Assembly (NCBI RefSeq): GCF_037042905.1
Contig: NC_087252.1
Span: forward strand, 4,032,001 to 4,096,000
Origin: Lytechinus pictus
Taxonomy: Eukaryota
DNA: 64,000 bases
Direction: 5' to 3'
The notes beneath the pieces were generated by a model, which was given only the letters and a program-made list of their open reading frames with translations, had not been told where the DNA came from and made no database searches. Shown here one piece after another: positions 1-14,000 of this stretch. The position numbers were made by a program, and so were the translations under genes. Numbering within the stretch: the first letter of the stretch is position 1; each line of letters starts with the position of its first letter.

Positions 1-3000
1 TAGGTTGTCTAAAATAGCCCCCGAAATTGAAAATGTTGGTATTTAGCAGCTGTCTTGTATAGAATCTATCCTGCAGATTCATAGTTAAAATTTGGGGAGT
101 GTTTCACGAAAAGGAACATACAATGAATTCTATTGACAACTGCAATATGTTACTGCTATACTTGCATGTGATTGGCTAAGAGCTAATATGTCGAGGAATA
201 TCAGTCACAAGATACTAGATCAAACACTCCCCAGTTCATTACATTATGAAGTCCGCCTAAGAGAGCAATATCCAGTCATCCATCATACCTTTGCAATATC
301 ACATAGAGTGCATTGTTGATTTTAACACCTTTTTGTTAATAGTGTTTCTATAGTGAATGAAGCGACTTAGAAATGCTACTAAAAGCTCCCTTTCTCACTC
401 TCAAGTTATTGTTGTAGAAAGGGCATAAACCATACTAAAAGCTGTCTATTATGTGCGTGTCACATTCAACATTCATCAGTGGTTGTTACTATTTCGTTCC
501 CTTTTTGTGATGGTGGGAACTTTAGATGGAAAATAAAGGGATAGGATTTTTAGATGGATCCCTTATATGGATTAATGTGCAGTTTACCAAATAGATTCCG
601 GGGAGATTTTAACACTTGGGTCTTTGATCGATTGTGACAGATTGAAAATTGTATTAGAATTCTATAGACCTAACGCATGTTGTTTGGAAAGATGACTATT
701 ATTAAATATTATTTACTATTAGTAATTGTAGCCAATATTGAAAGACAAACCTTGCAAGATCACATAGAATTTATTAACTTGAAATAGGTCTACTGTGTAT
801 GATCATATGAGAGTGGAATACCCTAATAAGCTACTTCACTCCTATTCTATATAGATTCATACATTGTATAATACAACTCCACTTAGTGAATATACATGTA
901 GGCCTATAAACATTCATTTGGTTCTGCCCGTACTTGACCAAATCATAAGACAGGCCAGGCAGAGTTTTAATTTTTCAAGTGTCTGCTACAAAAATTGAAT
1001 TGACACTTTTTGGAATGTGAAAGGAAATAACCCCTGTGATCTTAACAGCTGGTCTTCATTATCTTTTTCTGAGGAGGAAAGAGGGAAGGGGGTGGTAACA
1101 AGAAAATAGTAAGGAAAACTAATAAACAAACACTCTCAACTAGAAAAATCAACAAGTCTTTCAAAGCAATGATGAAACATCTTCCTAGATTGTTGCAGAA
1201 ATCAATTAATATTGATTGTTAAAAGGCCAGTGGTTAACTTTAGGTTGTTACCGTATCAATTGATTCTTCTTTTGAATGAAGGGATACTGACCAGAGGTAA
1301 AGATGTAACAGTGGCCGAAATGACAGGCCTTCTTTTAAAGCTCCTTAAATCCATCTATTCACTGTGGATCTTTTTCTTCAGAGCATCCTTTCAGACACCC
1401 CCAAATCCTCCTTCAAAGAATTTTCGCTTTTATTAATGCGGGGAAGGAGGGAATAAAGAAAAAACAGAGAAGTCGAGTTAAGAATACGACTCATCTTCTT
1501 TGCATGATCAATTCCCAAGCCGCTCAAGCCCCGAAAGCCTGGACACTCAACCCCAAAGCTCCGGCCAGGGACATTCTCTATCCCTATTGTTCGGCCGCTT
1601 CTTAGGCCTTTCACCGCCCTTCAGAGGTGAGGTAAGAGATGTAATTGAAACCATGCTGCGTTACAGATGTATCAGAATCCAAAATCTATTTCTTCCCTCT
1701 TCTTTTTGAACTCTTTACTTTTACTTTATGCTAGGGAGGGGGGGGGGTAGATAGAGGGGTGCAGGTTTTTACCCTTAGGTGTTGAATAGGAGGATAGAAA
1801 GAGGGTCTTTTTATGATAAAGTAGAGGGTATTCCTAGCTTATCCATTCAAAAGGGATTTCATTGGGGGTAAAATCTTCAGAGTTGTCTGACCGTTTACTT
1901 GATGAATTAGTGGTGGACCCTCAGACTTTAATGTTTGCTATAGGAGACTGTCTAACTGGAACTTAATATTCAAATTTGATAGGTAATTGTTAAAGCCAGT
2001 ATATGTATGATAGAATATTTGACTAATGAACATAATTCCCTTGTTTGCCATGATTGGATAATCAAGATCTACTCTTTTGATGAAAATTGTTCATTTAAAT
2101 ATGTTTAAAAGTATATTCATTTTCCATATAAGTAATTTTAAAGGCTCTAAATCAAATAAACATGGAATAGGCCTTCTGTATCGGTATTGAATGTTCAAAA
2201 TGAGCCAGATGTCTGGGTATTAGTAGAACAGACCTACCGATGTGTATTTCTGTGTAAATTTTATAGGGGCTAAATTTTGAGAGTGTCTGTAAAACTCATA
2301 ATATTCCTGTCGAAGGCTTGTTTCACATAGCACCAACAAGGAAATGAGATCTGATTACATTAAGTTGAAGTAGCAAGCGACACTGGGCAAATTTATGGGT
2401 CGATTCCAAGCGTTGGAAAACTGTTAGATCCAGGGTATTGACAGGAAAAGTCTGATCTATGTACAGAAAAAAAGAAAGAGAAAATGCAGATGAACCATGC
2501 ATCATGGAATTGAATTCTAGTGCAAAAGTAACAACATTGGAATGGTGTGATAAACAACATACTTTGCCCATTGTTTTGATCAATTTAACAAATTATTTTC
2601 ATTTGATTACACAATAATATTGGAAACAAATATTTTGTTGAACTAGGCCTGCATGTAGTTAGCAATGATGGTGAGTGATATTAAGAGAGCAATATTGAGC
2701 AGAATGTGAGGCAAATAGGCCATACATGTTTTGATCATCGCGTTTGCTTTTCAGTGTATTATAATTCTTCCCCATAATACATTACAATTAAAAACTAAAA
2801 AGGCATGTATTACCATTTGCACTATATATCTTTTGGCATGATCTTGTGTTGAAGAGTGTAAGGTCTGTTCTGCAAAGCCTAAGTTTCCATGACAGAACAG
2901 TTAGAAAAATAAGTTTACCAAATGCCTATTATTTTCCTACACTTATTCATCTTCTGTTCACGACTTACTAGAGCTTCTAGCCATGAGCAATGCATTGCAC

Positions 3001-6000
3001 TTTGTATACCCATCCATGCCCCAGTGACTCTGCTTAGCCCAATGCAGCTCTACAAGTGAAAACGTAATCAAAAGTTGACCAGTCTACTTGTTTTTCTCCC
3101 CTCGCAAGGTTTTCCTTCAGCCGGATTGCCCGGTTCTTGCTCCAATAACGGCTTAAGGTATTTTTTTTGAGCTTCCGAAAAAATAAAGTATCTTCTTTTC
3201 TCCTCCAGTCATCTCTGGTAAGCTTTGGGAGTTGGAGAAGGAGAGATGTAATAGGATTCTGGCGGATAGATAGCGATGCGTGAAGGATTTTGAGGTGTCT
3301 TGGGATCGTCTGTCGCCATGGAAGGAGAAAGAGAGGCGGGATTAGTTGATCATGGTCTGCTGCGAGTTATTTCCAGTTTCATGGGCTTAATTATGATTTG
3401 AACGCTAAATTGCACCGTCAGTTATATAACTGTTTTCATTGTGCGTTTAATGGGAAAGTAAATTAAAAAAACTCCAGTATAAAGCATGGAACTATTACAG
3501 TTGCATTGATTGGGATTGGCTTATGTATGCCATTCTTGATCGTTTGTAGGCAATGAAAAAAGGGAATTGAATATTGACATGCTTGTTCCAAACATGTTAT
3601 AAATGATCATAGAACATAGCAGAATTGATCAAATGATTTCCATTAGTTTGACTGTCAGGTTTGTAGATTGCCTCAGTAAAAAAAAAGAAACATCATTAAG
3701 TCAACATTTCGTTAAGATATCTAATGGGCAATCTGTATCTTACCCTTTTATGACACGTATTTCAGGTTTTTCCTACATTTGACCAAGCAGTCATGCAGCC
3801 AACAATGCTCAGAGTCTGGAAATGATCTATCAAGGGCCTAGGAAAATGAAGTATAATTTTTTTTATTGTATTTGTAGGCTGGATTTTATGATTATTTTTG
3901 TATGATTGATCACAAAATTCAGTTGTCTGATCTATTGCCCTGCTTTATGTCACAGAACCATTGTTTCTTCTCAGGGAACATGGTCTGAAAGCCGAAATCT
4001 CAAACCCCTTCTGTTTACATTTGATAGTTCATCTTCAAGAGCTTGAACATAATGGCAGTGGATAATTTTTGTAAAATGTGTTATTAATTTATTGAGACCC
4101 ATTGAGGTGCCACTCGATGTATGCTTCAGCGATTATGGCCGGATGTAGATGGAAAAATACCATGTGACATCTTTAGTTTAGGAAAATTACATTTAGTAAG
4201 TTTCAAGATTTTGCCACAAAAGAGAGAAAAATGTTGGATGAATGTGCTTATTGAAATGGTTAGAAGGTGAAATTGATTATATTATTTAGATAAATATTGT
4301 AAATTAGTTTATGCATGGATCCTATTAGAACTGGTCTATATAGTTTTGACAAGTGATGGGCAGAGGATAAAAAACTTTGAAATAGAGGGAGATTGGTGTG
4401 GAGGGGTGGGGGGGGGGCTATCTTGGGGGTATTTACTTCGCTGAATGAAAGAAGAGAGCAGAAATTAAAAGTACCATGTCTCTTTGAAGGAGATGAAAGA
4501 ATCCAACACATCTTACTTAATAAATGAATGGCATTGATGAACAAAGGAGAACTAAGCTGAGAAGAAAAGGGGGAGAGCCATAAAGCTGTTTTTCCCTCTA
4601 CGAGCCCTGTATTGTCATGCCCCTATTGTTGGAGCACCCCCAAACCCATTCAACAATACCATGTGCCCGCATTACCTTCCCTCTTCCCTGATTCTTTTGA
4701 AAAGCCCTCTCACCCCGCTAGCTCCCTGTTCACTCTCCACTGCCGCTCCGTTAAGCTTGTTTTAGTTGATTGTCGAAGCCCGCTTGGAAGCGCTTGGAGC
4801 GAGAGTGTCCCTCGATCGCCTATTCTTCCCCTGCGACTCAAGGGGTGTTGTTTGTGCCACATTTGGCATGTAAACAACAAGAACACCAATGCAGTGTCTT
4901 ATCTCTATCCTGGAGCTATATTACTGACCCATCGCTTGTCTTGGAGACCCGACTGTGCAGTTGGTCCATCTTTCCATTGCGCCCTGGCCATCCGAGTGTA
5001 TTCTTCCATTTCTTGAATTGGACAATCCTGTACTCATTCATGTGCCTCAAGTGGGCTAATACATACTGCAAGTACTTGGTAATTGATTGATGTATCTGTT
5101 CGATGCAGTTATTGTATTGACATTCTTTGGAGTACAGTCACGATTGTGGTAGCACCCAAACAGACTATCGATGAGATCCGTTGGATGATTTTAAAATTGG
5201 AAATATCTTCCCTTCTTCTGTTTTGTGACAAATGTATCTGGATTTTGTAAGTGGAGTCTTGAGGAGTTTCTGCTAATTCTCTATCTTCAATCACCAGCAT
5301 CGGAATATTTTGACAACCAAATTCTACCACATGAGTTGTTGTTTTAAGGTTAAAACATGGTTTTAGTACCATTAACCCATTTGTTATAAATTCAGAAATA
5401 CAAGTATCTTCCCCAATATGGTTTTTATATGAAAAGCATTTTGCAACTGTAATTGCAGTGTGTCAGATTTTCTGTTAAGAACTACAGTTCTTGCTGAAAT
5501 CTCTGTGTTTTGTTTTCACAAATTCTGCTTTGCCTTTTGCCAAAATTGTCTACTATTTCGCTATTGCTGCACAGGAAAGCAACAGGATGAGCATGAAGAT
5601 TACAATTTTTATATGCTGAAATGAGCAGCCTAAATTGAGGAATGTCAGTACCAATTATTTCCATTAATATAAGAATGTGCGACAATTCCATATCATCCAT
5701 CTCATATACATTTCACTTGATGTATACCTGAAAAAAAGCGGGAACATATGAGCTCTAGTTTTTAATAGTTTGAAAGTCTCATCCGCATGGGTAGTTTTTT
5801 TTTTGGGGTAGTATGTAAATTTTCATCAGCCATAGACTTTGGCAGATATTTCTTATCCACTTAAACTTTTTTATATGTATGTAAAAATACTGAGAATAAG
5901 ATTTCAATAAATGTTTTCCTTCTTTACCATCAAAGGAGAATTATGTGATTTCCTTAGACTGGTAATAATAGCCATTAAGGAAAAATGGGATGCAAAATGA

Positions 6001-6037
6001 TCTAGCATAATTTATATTTTTTGTTTAAATATATAGT

Positions 6038-6227
6038 CATTTTCACGGTAACTGACGTTACACGGCACAATTTTACACACCTTTCATTGTGTGTATGATT
6101 ATCTCTAAAAAAACTAATGATGGGAGTTTGCTTTTAAGCAAACTCCCATCATTTGTTTAGAGATAATCATACACACAATGAAAGGTGTGTAAAATTGTGC
6201 CATGTAACGTCAGTTACCGTGAAAATG
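6038..6227. repeat. Near-perfect 190-bp palindrome (hairpin/MITE-like)
   Basis: CATTTTCACGGTAACTGACGTTACA...ATGATGGGAGTTTGCTT mirrored by AAGCAAACTCCCATCAT...TGTAACGTCAGTTACCGTGAAAATG; loop only 2-4 nt. Confidence 0.93.
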
Positions 6228-6347
6228 CCCATATGATGTCATAGATCCCTCGTATATTTACATCAGGCAATTGATCTAACAATATTACCTCGAAATGCCT
6301 CCATTAATTTTTGCTTTTCTTTTCTCTTTGTAATTATTCTGTTTCAG

Positions 6348-6413
6348 GAGAGAGTTGGTCTTATCTCGCAGAGGTTTTTGAACAATTATCTTTTGGATAA
6401 AGACGAGTTAAAG
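6348..6413 (+). other. Candidate 66-nt 5'UTR exon of the CDON-like gene
   Basis: Long pyrimidine tract ending gtttcag at 6347 and donor AAG|gtaggt at 6413/6414. No transcript evidence. Confidence 0.45.
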
Positions 6414-9400
6414 GTAGGTCTTAATAAAACTATCACTGATCCTGAAAATAGTCCTCTCTTCCTGCAATAATGTTTGCAGTGACTGAGTAATATTCAAAGG
6501 CCGAGTCTGATCGATGGGGCATTTCAAGGAACTTTCAATCAATTATAAGTCAGGTCCGGGTAAACTCCAAAATTAGTTGTTATGATAAAAAATGAGTAAA
6601 TGAAATAATGACCATATATTTCTATCCTGATCAATTCAACAGTAGCCCAATGCTCTCTTATATCAGCCAAAATCTGCACTAAAATTAACTTGCATAATGT
6701 GAATCAGAAAATATTAAAAGGAACAGAATGTCATTCTCTCTTTCTAAAGCTTTTGGGGTGACTAAATTTGTTGTCCTGTCAAATGTTTATGCATGGGACT
6801 GCGCTGTGTACAGACCTGCCCATGAACTACAAGAAGAGTTTAACCGGGGCAAACAGAAAGCCTGGTTTCTCAACATTGTTTACCAATCAGATTTAGGCAA
6901 TGACAGCCTCTTTACTCCCTCGTTTCCGCTCAGAGTACACAGAGAAAGAAAGGAAAAGGTTGGATGATAAAACGTGTAATAAGACTGTTTAGTGTTTGAG
7001 TGAGAAGTCTACCTGACATTCCTCTGCTACCATGCATATGCCTCGCTTTGAAGATGGTCAGTGATCAGACGTTGGATGGAAAAAAAAAAAAAGTTTTCTA
7101 ATGTTCAAAAGAAAATGATATAATGTCATTTTCTTCAGTTTAATTGTTATTCTGATTAATTTTTCTATTAGATGGGGGAGGGGGGGGGGTCATCTACAGG
7201 TAGGACATCATATCTTTAGACCTACCTAACAGCTTAGCCTTACTTTTCTTACCTTTTCAAATGGGAAAATGGGTCAAAGCTTGGCTAATACATAGAGCAT
7301 CATTGAAATAGGCGAATACTGTAGACATTTGGCCCCTCATAACTGCTTTTTATTATTATCATTAAAAGGCTGAAAATTGCACGTTTTATATGCTAAGAGC
7401 AACTGAATAGTAATGATTCCCTCTTATTAATCTTAGTGTGTAGTTCATGTAATTTTGGGGAAGCTGTGAAATTTCATACCTAGAAATTACAGTATTCTTC
7501 CTTTAGGAAACAAAGCTAATATATGCTATGCATTGTCACACCAAAGACAAAGGGTTAGGTGTATTTCAACCTGTGTTTTATTTTATTTTTTAAAAACAAG
7601 GAGATATTTTAGGTCAAAGAAGACTCGTAAAACCTACGAAATAGTGTTCAAAACAACAAAATTTATTTCTGGTTTGCATTCTTCCAGCAAACCCAGTGCA
7701 GCATAGTTTCTTCATGGTTTTTCCCACCGGAGCCGTTTGACTTCCCCCACTTTTGGAATCTATATTTTATTACTTCTCATTATTCCTCTAAGTTTTGTTT
7801 TTCTAAAGAATGTGGCAGCGATGGGATCGGTGGTAACATGTAAGTCTCAATGGCAAGGCAACTGGAGGACCTTTCACATCTGCCCGATCATGAAAATAAC
7901 ATGTATTTTGCCAGTGCAAATATGAAGTATTCATGATATCCTCGAGAGAACCTGCAAATCAATGCAAACTAATTTGTGCCAACTATTTATTAACCTGTAA
8001 ACTACTGAAATTGGCAATTCCTATAGGCTTCGTACAGGGATCATCTGGTTCCAGTCAGCAATGGGCTAAAAAGGAGAGGACTTTCCCAAAGATTTCCTAA
8101 GATTCATTGTTTTTTGGTGAAATCGTTCAAATAACAATAATTTTACAAGTGAGACAAGATAGAAGCATATTCTTTTGTACAAGAATGTGGAGATTCTTGC
8201 TGATAACTGATAAATACAAGAACTCTGTCTGCTTTATGCTGGTGTAAATGAGTAAAATAAACTATCCGTATCACGTAGACCTACATTGCAACACGAACAG
8301 GTTATTGTGATTTGCAGCTATTCTTCATGATGACCTTGGTATGAATGTAGTAAGGGATGATGCGATCTCTTATGAATAAACATGAAATTGTATGTAACAG
8401 TGGGAAAGGGTTAACCTCTTATGACTAGGGTGAGTGTGCAAAATAACTTTCATGGAGGCCTAATTTGGGACTGGAACAGGAACTTAGGATTTTCAGCTAT
8501 TCTTCACGATGAGATGGGTATGAATACGCCTATTCTTCATGATGAGATGGGTATGAATACGCCTAGAGCACAGGCCTATGTGATCCCTGGTGAATATGAG
8601 CATGAAATTGAATTTAATAGTAGGAAAGGGTTAACCTCTTCTGACTAGGGTAAGCAAACAGAGTCAAGTTCCTCCGGAGAACGACTCTCCTGCCAATTGT
8701 TTGAAGGCTATCCATCTTAATTTATGCGTGATGTCATCGCGACCTAGTGAAATATGACCCAGGGGTCACCTGTGCCTTGACCTCAGAGCTTGATCTGGTT
8801 CTTAAGTGTGGAATGTATTTGAAATTTCAAGCACCATTGTCAGCCTGCCTATAGGTATGACTGTTGCATTGTGGGGTATCTGGGCTTTGTTTTATAGAAT
8901 CTCTTGATATGCACGATGTCCCTATTAATTGCTAGTCTATTGTAGGTCCCAATATCTATCTTTTTACTTGCAGGCCCTGTTTTCTTAAGTTAATATGCAA
9001 ATTGCGAATGGTGTGTTGCAAACATACCATTTATAGATTTTCATTTTCATTTTCAATCAATTGCTAGTCAATTCTAGGTCCAAATATCAATAAAAAAATC
9101 CTGCGGGTCCTGTTTCATATAACTTTTTAGTATGCAAATGGGGTGTTGCGATCAATTGCTAGTCAATTTAACGAGTCTCTATCGTAAATCGTGCAGTTAG
9201 TTCCTTAGTTGCAATTGTTGATGGCCTCTTGGTTCTATCCTGTAGCATGAAAAATGACACGCAGGCCATTTATCGCTTGCAAACTTGCAATCAAAGTGTA
9301 TGCAGGTCTATGATAAGAATGAGTGAAGAGATGATGAAAAAAGTCAATACAGTTCATACACTGCAAAGTAAGATAGAGTATTCATAAATTAAGTTATGCA

Positions 9401-9531
9401 GATAGTACAAAAGGAAGGGAATGAGAATCAGTTGAAAGGTATAAATGAAAAGGGCAAGGCTATGGTTTTTAAAGGAATGATATCACTACATTCTGCTGTT
9501 TAGTGGGTGGTTGGATTTCTTCAAGCTTACA

Positions 9532-9970
9532 TAGAGGCCGTTCTCATTACGCTTTCTAAAACTAGTTTACTGGAAACCGATTCAGGAAACCACTTTGGAA
9601 GATCGCTTTGCTAGCGTTCCCACTTGATCACACGAAAGTGGTTTTCTAAATCACTTCACGTAAAGCGCTCTTGTTGCTGTGGAAACTCTCTCAGTGGGGT
9701 GACACGTTTCGCGTGAAATTCGAAACCGCAGTATAAGCATTCTACACCTGTCGTGTGGATTAGCGCGCTCAAAATGTGCGAAGAACGGTTGTGTCCTCAC
9801 TTACGCTAAAGCCAGTTTAACGAGGCAAAGCGATCTTGAAAACTACATCGCGAGGTGGTTTTCCAAACTGGTTTGGAAGATCGCTTCCAAGACCGCTTTG
9901 ACCGTTCTCACTACGCGTTAAACTAGTTTCTAGTAAACTAGTTTTAGGAACGTAGTGAGAACAGCCTCTA
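9532..9970. mobile_element. MITE with ~45-bp TIRs (Harbinger-like termini)
   Basis: TAGAGGCCGTTCTCATTACGCTTTCTAAAACTAGTTTACT versus revcomp of the end TAGAGGCTGTTCTCACTACGTTCCTAAAACTAGTTTACT. Confidence 0.85.
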
Positions 9971-10495
9971 TGTCCCCCATAATCACAATTTTCATTTATT
10001 CATTGCATAGTTAGGGTTAGTTATTCATTGCATATTTAGGGTTTAGATTGATCATGGAGATCAATGGAGTCCTTTAATAGCCAGTCAAGTATTTATTTTT
10101 TCATTAAGTCACTCTTGATTTGTTGCAGTTTATATAGTGACAATTTTATTGGAAAGCTTTGAAAATCATGGTTAGATTGTAGGCATGTAATGTATCATAA
10201 TAGTTTAAGATCTAGGAAGTCTTAATTCACACCCAAAATTTTGGATATAGATGAGTAAAACAAAATTTGCTGACACTTACAGATTCATGCGGACATGAGT
10301 ATTGATTAAAGTTTGGAAATAATATCTAGAATTTCATGTTATTTTTCTCCTTTCTGAACAGTTATTTACAAGAGTTTGGTGCATAAATGCAGTATTACAA
10401 ACACCTCAAGTTGGATATTTGATTGGATGTTGCAAAATGCCTTTCCCATTGTATCAGAACTTAGTTTCATTTTTGAATTCCCAAGTACAGGTTAA

Positions 10496-11079
10496 AGGAG
10501 AATGAAACCCTTGAAACCAGCTGAATCCATATCAAAGAGAAAAATCAAAGAAACATATTGTTGAAAGTTTGAGGAAGATTGAATGAATAATAAGAACGTT
10601 ATGAGCATTTGAATATTGAGATCACTAATGCCATGTAGATCCTCCTATTGGCAATGCGACCAAGATCTGTGATGTCACAGACGTACAACTCCCTCATTAC
10701 TTTAGTACTTATTTCACTTATATTCTCACTTTTATAGAGTATTTCACAAGGTGAGGTGTTCTCTTTATGAGAGGACAAGTACAGAGGTTTCACAACATTA
10801 TATCATTGATGAATCGTTTGTCATATGATTAGAATGAGCAAAAAGAGATGTTTTGGGGTATATTTTCAGTGTCCAAAAGGGGAGAGTTGTTCATCTGTGA
10901 CATCATAGATCTTGGTCGCATTGCCAATGGGAGGATCTCCATAGCATTAGTGATCTCGACATTCAAATGCTCATAACTCTTCTATTGCTAGTCCTATTTT
11001 ACTCAAACTTTTGTTGATCTTATTCTTTGATTTTTCTGCTTTCACAAAAGCTAACTTGCTCCAAGAGTTTCATTCTCCT
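10496..11079. mobile_element. Kolobok-type non-autonomous DNA transposon (TTAA target)
   Basis: TTAA|AGGAGAATGAAAC ... GTTTCATTCTCCT|TTAA; long subterminal inverted repeats (10600-10681 versus 10894-10975). Confidence 0.88.
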
Positions 11080-14000
11080 TTAAGAAAGCCTGTGATATCC
11101 TCTTTTAGTTACATTCCATTCTGGTGATAAGAATGACTGCTCAATTAGGGACATAATCCATAATTCTGCACATTTTTCAATCTATAAGAAACTTGTCATT
11201 CAATGTGCCTCATGGGGCTTCAGAGAGCCAAGATTTAATGAGATAGGGTTCCTTTATTATTAAATTTTATTGTCCCTTTTTCGCTGATAATGACTGATTG
11301 CTCATTTTTAATCCGATCTATTGAAAGTCTAAGCAACGGGGGAGTGTGTCATGAAACTATTAGTATATGTTTTTCTCACTGACTTATTCACTCATAGCCA
11401 ATCAGATGCAAGGATTTCAGTAGCTTGTAACCATAGTCGGTGATCTTCACTGTCTATTTGTTTCGTGAAATGCTCCCATGGCTTCATTCTCACTTCGCAC
11501 AATATTTCATGACTTTGAACATTTGTTTTATTTTGACAGGATAGGCCGTAAATCTGATAAGTCAGTAAAATTTTAGTGGGTTTTCTTGAAGAGGTGTCTC
11601 GCTACTTTGGATATGATACTCTTGGGTGTGGGAAATTTATTATATAGTCATTTGGCCCTTTGACCCTCTTCATTTCAATGGAAAATAAATAATTTTTTTT
11701 TGGCAAATCCTAATCTAAGGTCTTTGTGGATCTCTTCTTAGAAAGGTTTTTCTCTAGTTCTGAATAAGAAGCAATACAACATTTCCTGCCCCCACCCCTA
11801 TGAATTCTCATTCTTTTTTTTCTTTTTTTTTATATATAGGCCTATTTTTTCTGCTAGATTTAGAAATTCAGCAGCCCTTCATCAGCTACACACATATATT
11901 TAGGCCTTTTCATTCCTTCTACCCTATTGTAATTTTTCAAGACCTAAGGAATGAGGTGAAATAGCCCCCCCCCCCTTAAAATGGAATTTCCACCCAAGTC
12001 CCCCAAGCAGCATTTCATTTTTTTATAGTTTATCTATTTCTTTTATAGATTAAGCCACTCAAATGTCTGAAAAAGTATTGTTGTAATGATGTTATGAATA
12101 GGAAATTCCCATGACCTTCCCCATCTTCCACCACATCGCCTCCTACCCTTTCTCCCCCGCCCCAGCTACCCCCCCCCCCCCACCAAACCGGGGGGGGGGG
12201 GCTATTGCCTACTCCCACTTCAACTGTCATCTTTCTATCTGTGTAGAATTTATATCAGCGCCTTGTCTCTCTTTAGAAGTTTTATTGTCATAACAAGTAC
12301 CTGAGAGAAGATGAACCACAACACTTATCTAATAGGTTAACAGTCATGCACTCTTTGAAAGGGGGTCAGTCTCGCCCCCATAAATCTTACTGGTATCATT
12401 CAGAGGGTGCATTCATTCATGCTATTGCGACCTTGTTTTAAACTTATAGCCTGCAGTTGTGATCAAGGTTTGCTGAACCGCATCATGCACTCGACTTTGA
12501 ATGCCATGGAATGTTGACCAATGTAGGATGGGGGGGGGGGGGATGGATGGTGCTTTATTAAAATTTTTGGGCATATTCAAATCAGTAATTTCTAAATTAT
12601 AGTAAAAGACAGTAAAGAATAATAATTACTGTTTAGTGCAAATTATTCAGATCAGTTTTGGACAGGCCTAAATAGTCAGTGCATGTCTTTAACTGGTAAT
12701 GGAAATTTTACTTTACAAAAAGTTTGTATATTGTACTACACCCAATCCACTCGTAACAATTATTCTGTGTCTGTGACTCTGTTGCGTTCCCTATATTTTC
12801 CCGAATTTGTTTTTGTTTTTGTTTTGTTCAAGTGAAATTCAATTATTCTATTCTTAAAGGGGTCTCTTGTCTCTGGGGACTTGTGCTACTCTGTAAATCT
12901 GTTGGTCGGTTCCTTTTTGAGGTAGACCTCTGCTTGAATTTTTCTTGGGCCAGGACTCGATTAATTGGCCTCCATTCTTCTAGCCCTCCAAAACTTGACA
13001 TTCCAATCATATTGGTTTCCTTATCCAACTAAGGTGATAAAAGCTAGGGTTATGCCTTTGGTTGAAAGCGTCTTTCAAGATCGTTCTTGCGGCTTTGAAC
13101 TCCCATGCCAGATCCAAATCTCATTTCTCAGAGAATTCCCTGTTTGCTTGAAGTCTTGGGGTCACACGGCAGGGCAAGAGAAACAAGTATCGTGATAAAA
13201 ATGATATCACAAATCTCGCATCTCTTTGTCAATTGAAAAGAATCAGCGTGACAGATATATGAACTCCCTTTTTTAATCAACAAAGATTGAGAAAGATTGG
13301 CTTCATAATCACAAACAAGAAAAGTCATATTGTGGATTTTTTTGTGCCTGTGTGCTTAAATGCTTTCAACGGGTAAATGTTTGCGGTGCAATTAATGCGA
13401 GATTATAATCGATATCTAGTCACAATTGAACCCGAGATTGACAGAGTGCCTCATTGTGGGTGAAGTTTGACAGTTGTAGCACATCATCAATCAAATGCGC
13501 AAAGAAAAGAGTCGCCGAAGAATGCATTATTATTCTTCCCGGCCATTATTGAATTATTTCTAGTAGTGTAATCTTTTGTGCGTCTGTATTGCGAGCCGAT
13601 TTATGTGCAAATAATTGCCCAGATTTGGCTGAAGGGGTATGCTGAACTTGACTGATGGGTTTGAGTTTACACTGAACTGTGGCACAGCAGCGGCAAGGAA
13701 CTGTGCAGAGTGTGGTGGACAACCCCTTCTGTTATCCATACCACTGATGTTCTCAGCAGTAACTTCTCATGGGATAGTATAGTGACCAAGGCCCTGTAAC
13801 ATAAAACTAACCATTGATTTGTATGATCGATTATACATGATGATCAATATAATGATCAATATAATCAGATGTTAAAGCTAGATCTGAACTTTTTGTTGGC
13901 CCCGTTGCATATAAGATCCCATTATGGTAACTTTGCCATCCACTGGTAACTTGCATGGAATCCTTTATTCTGATTGGCTGTTGATTAGTGTTACCATGGT

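Noticed and set aside
4612..5090. Overlapping 134-aa and 106-aa ORFs
   Set aside because: Non-ATG starts, no domain features; better explained as GC-richer promoter/UTR-like DNA.
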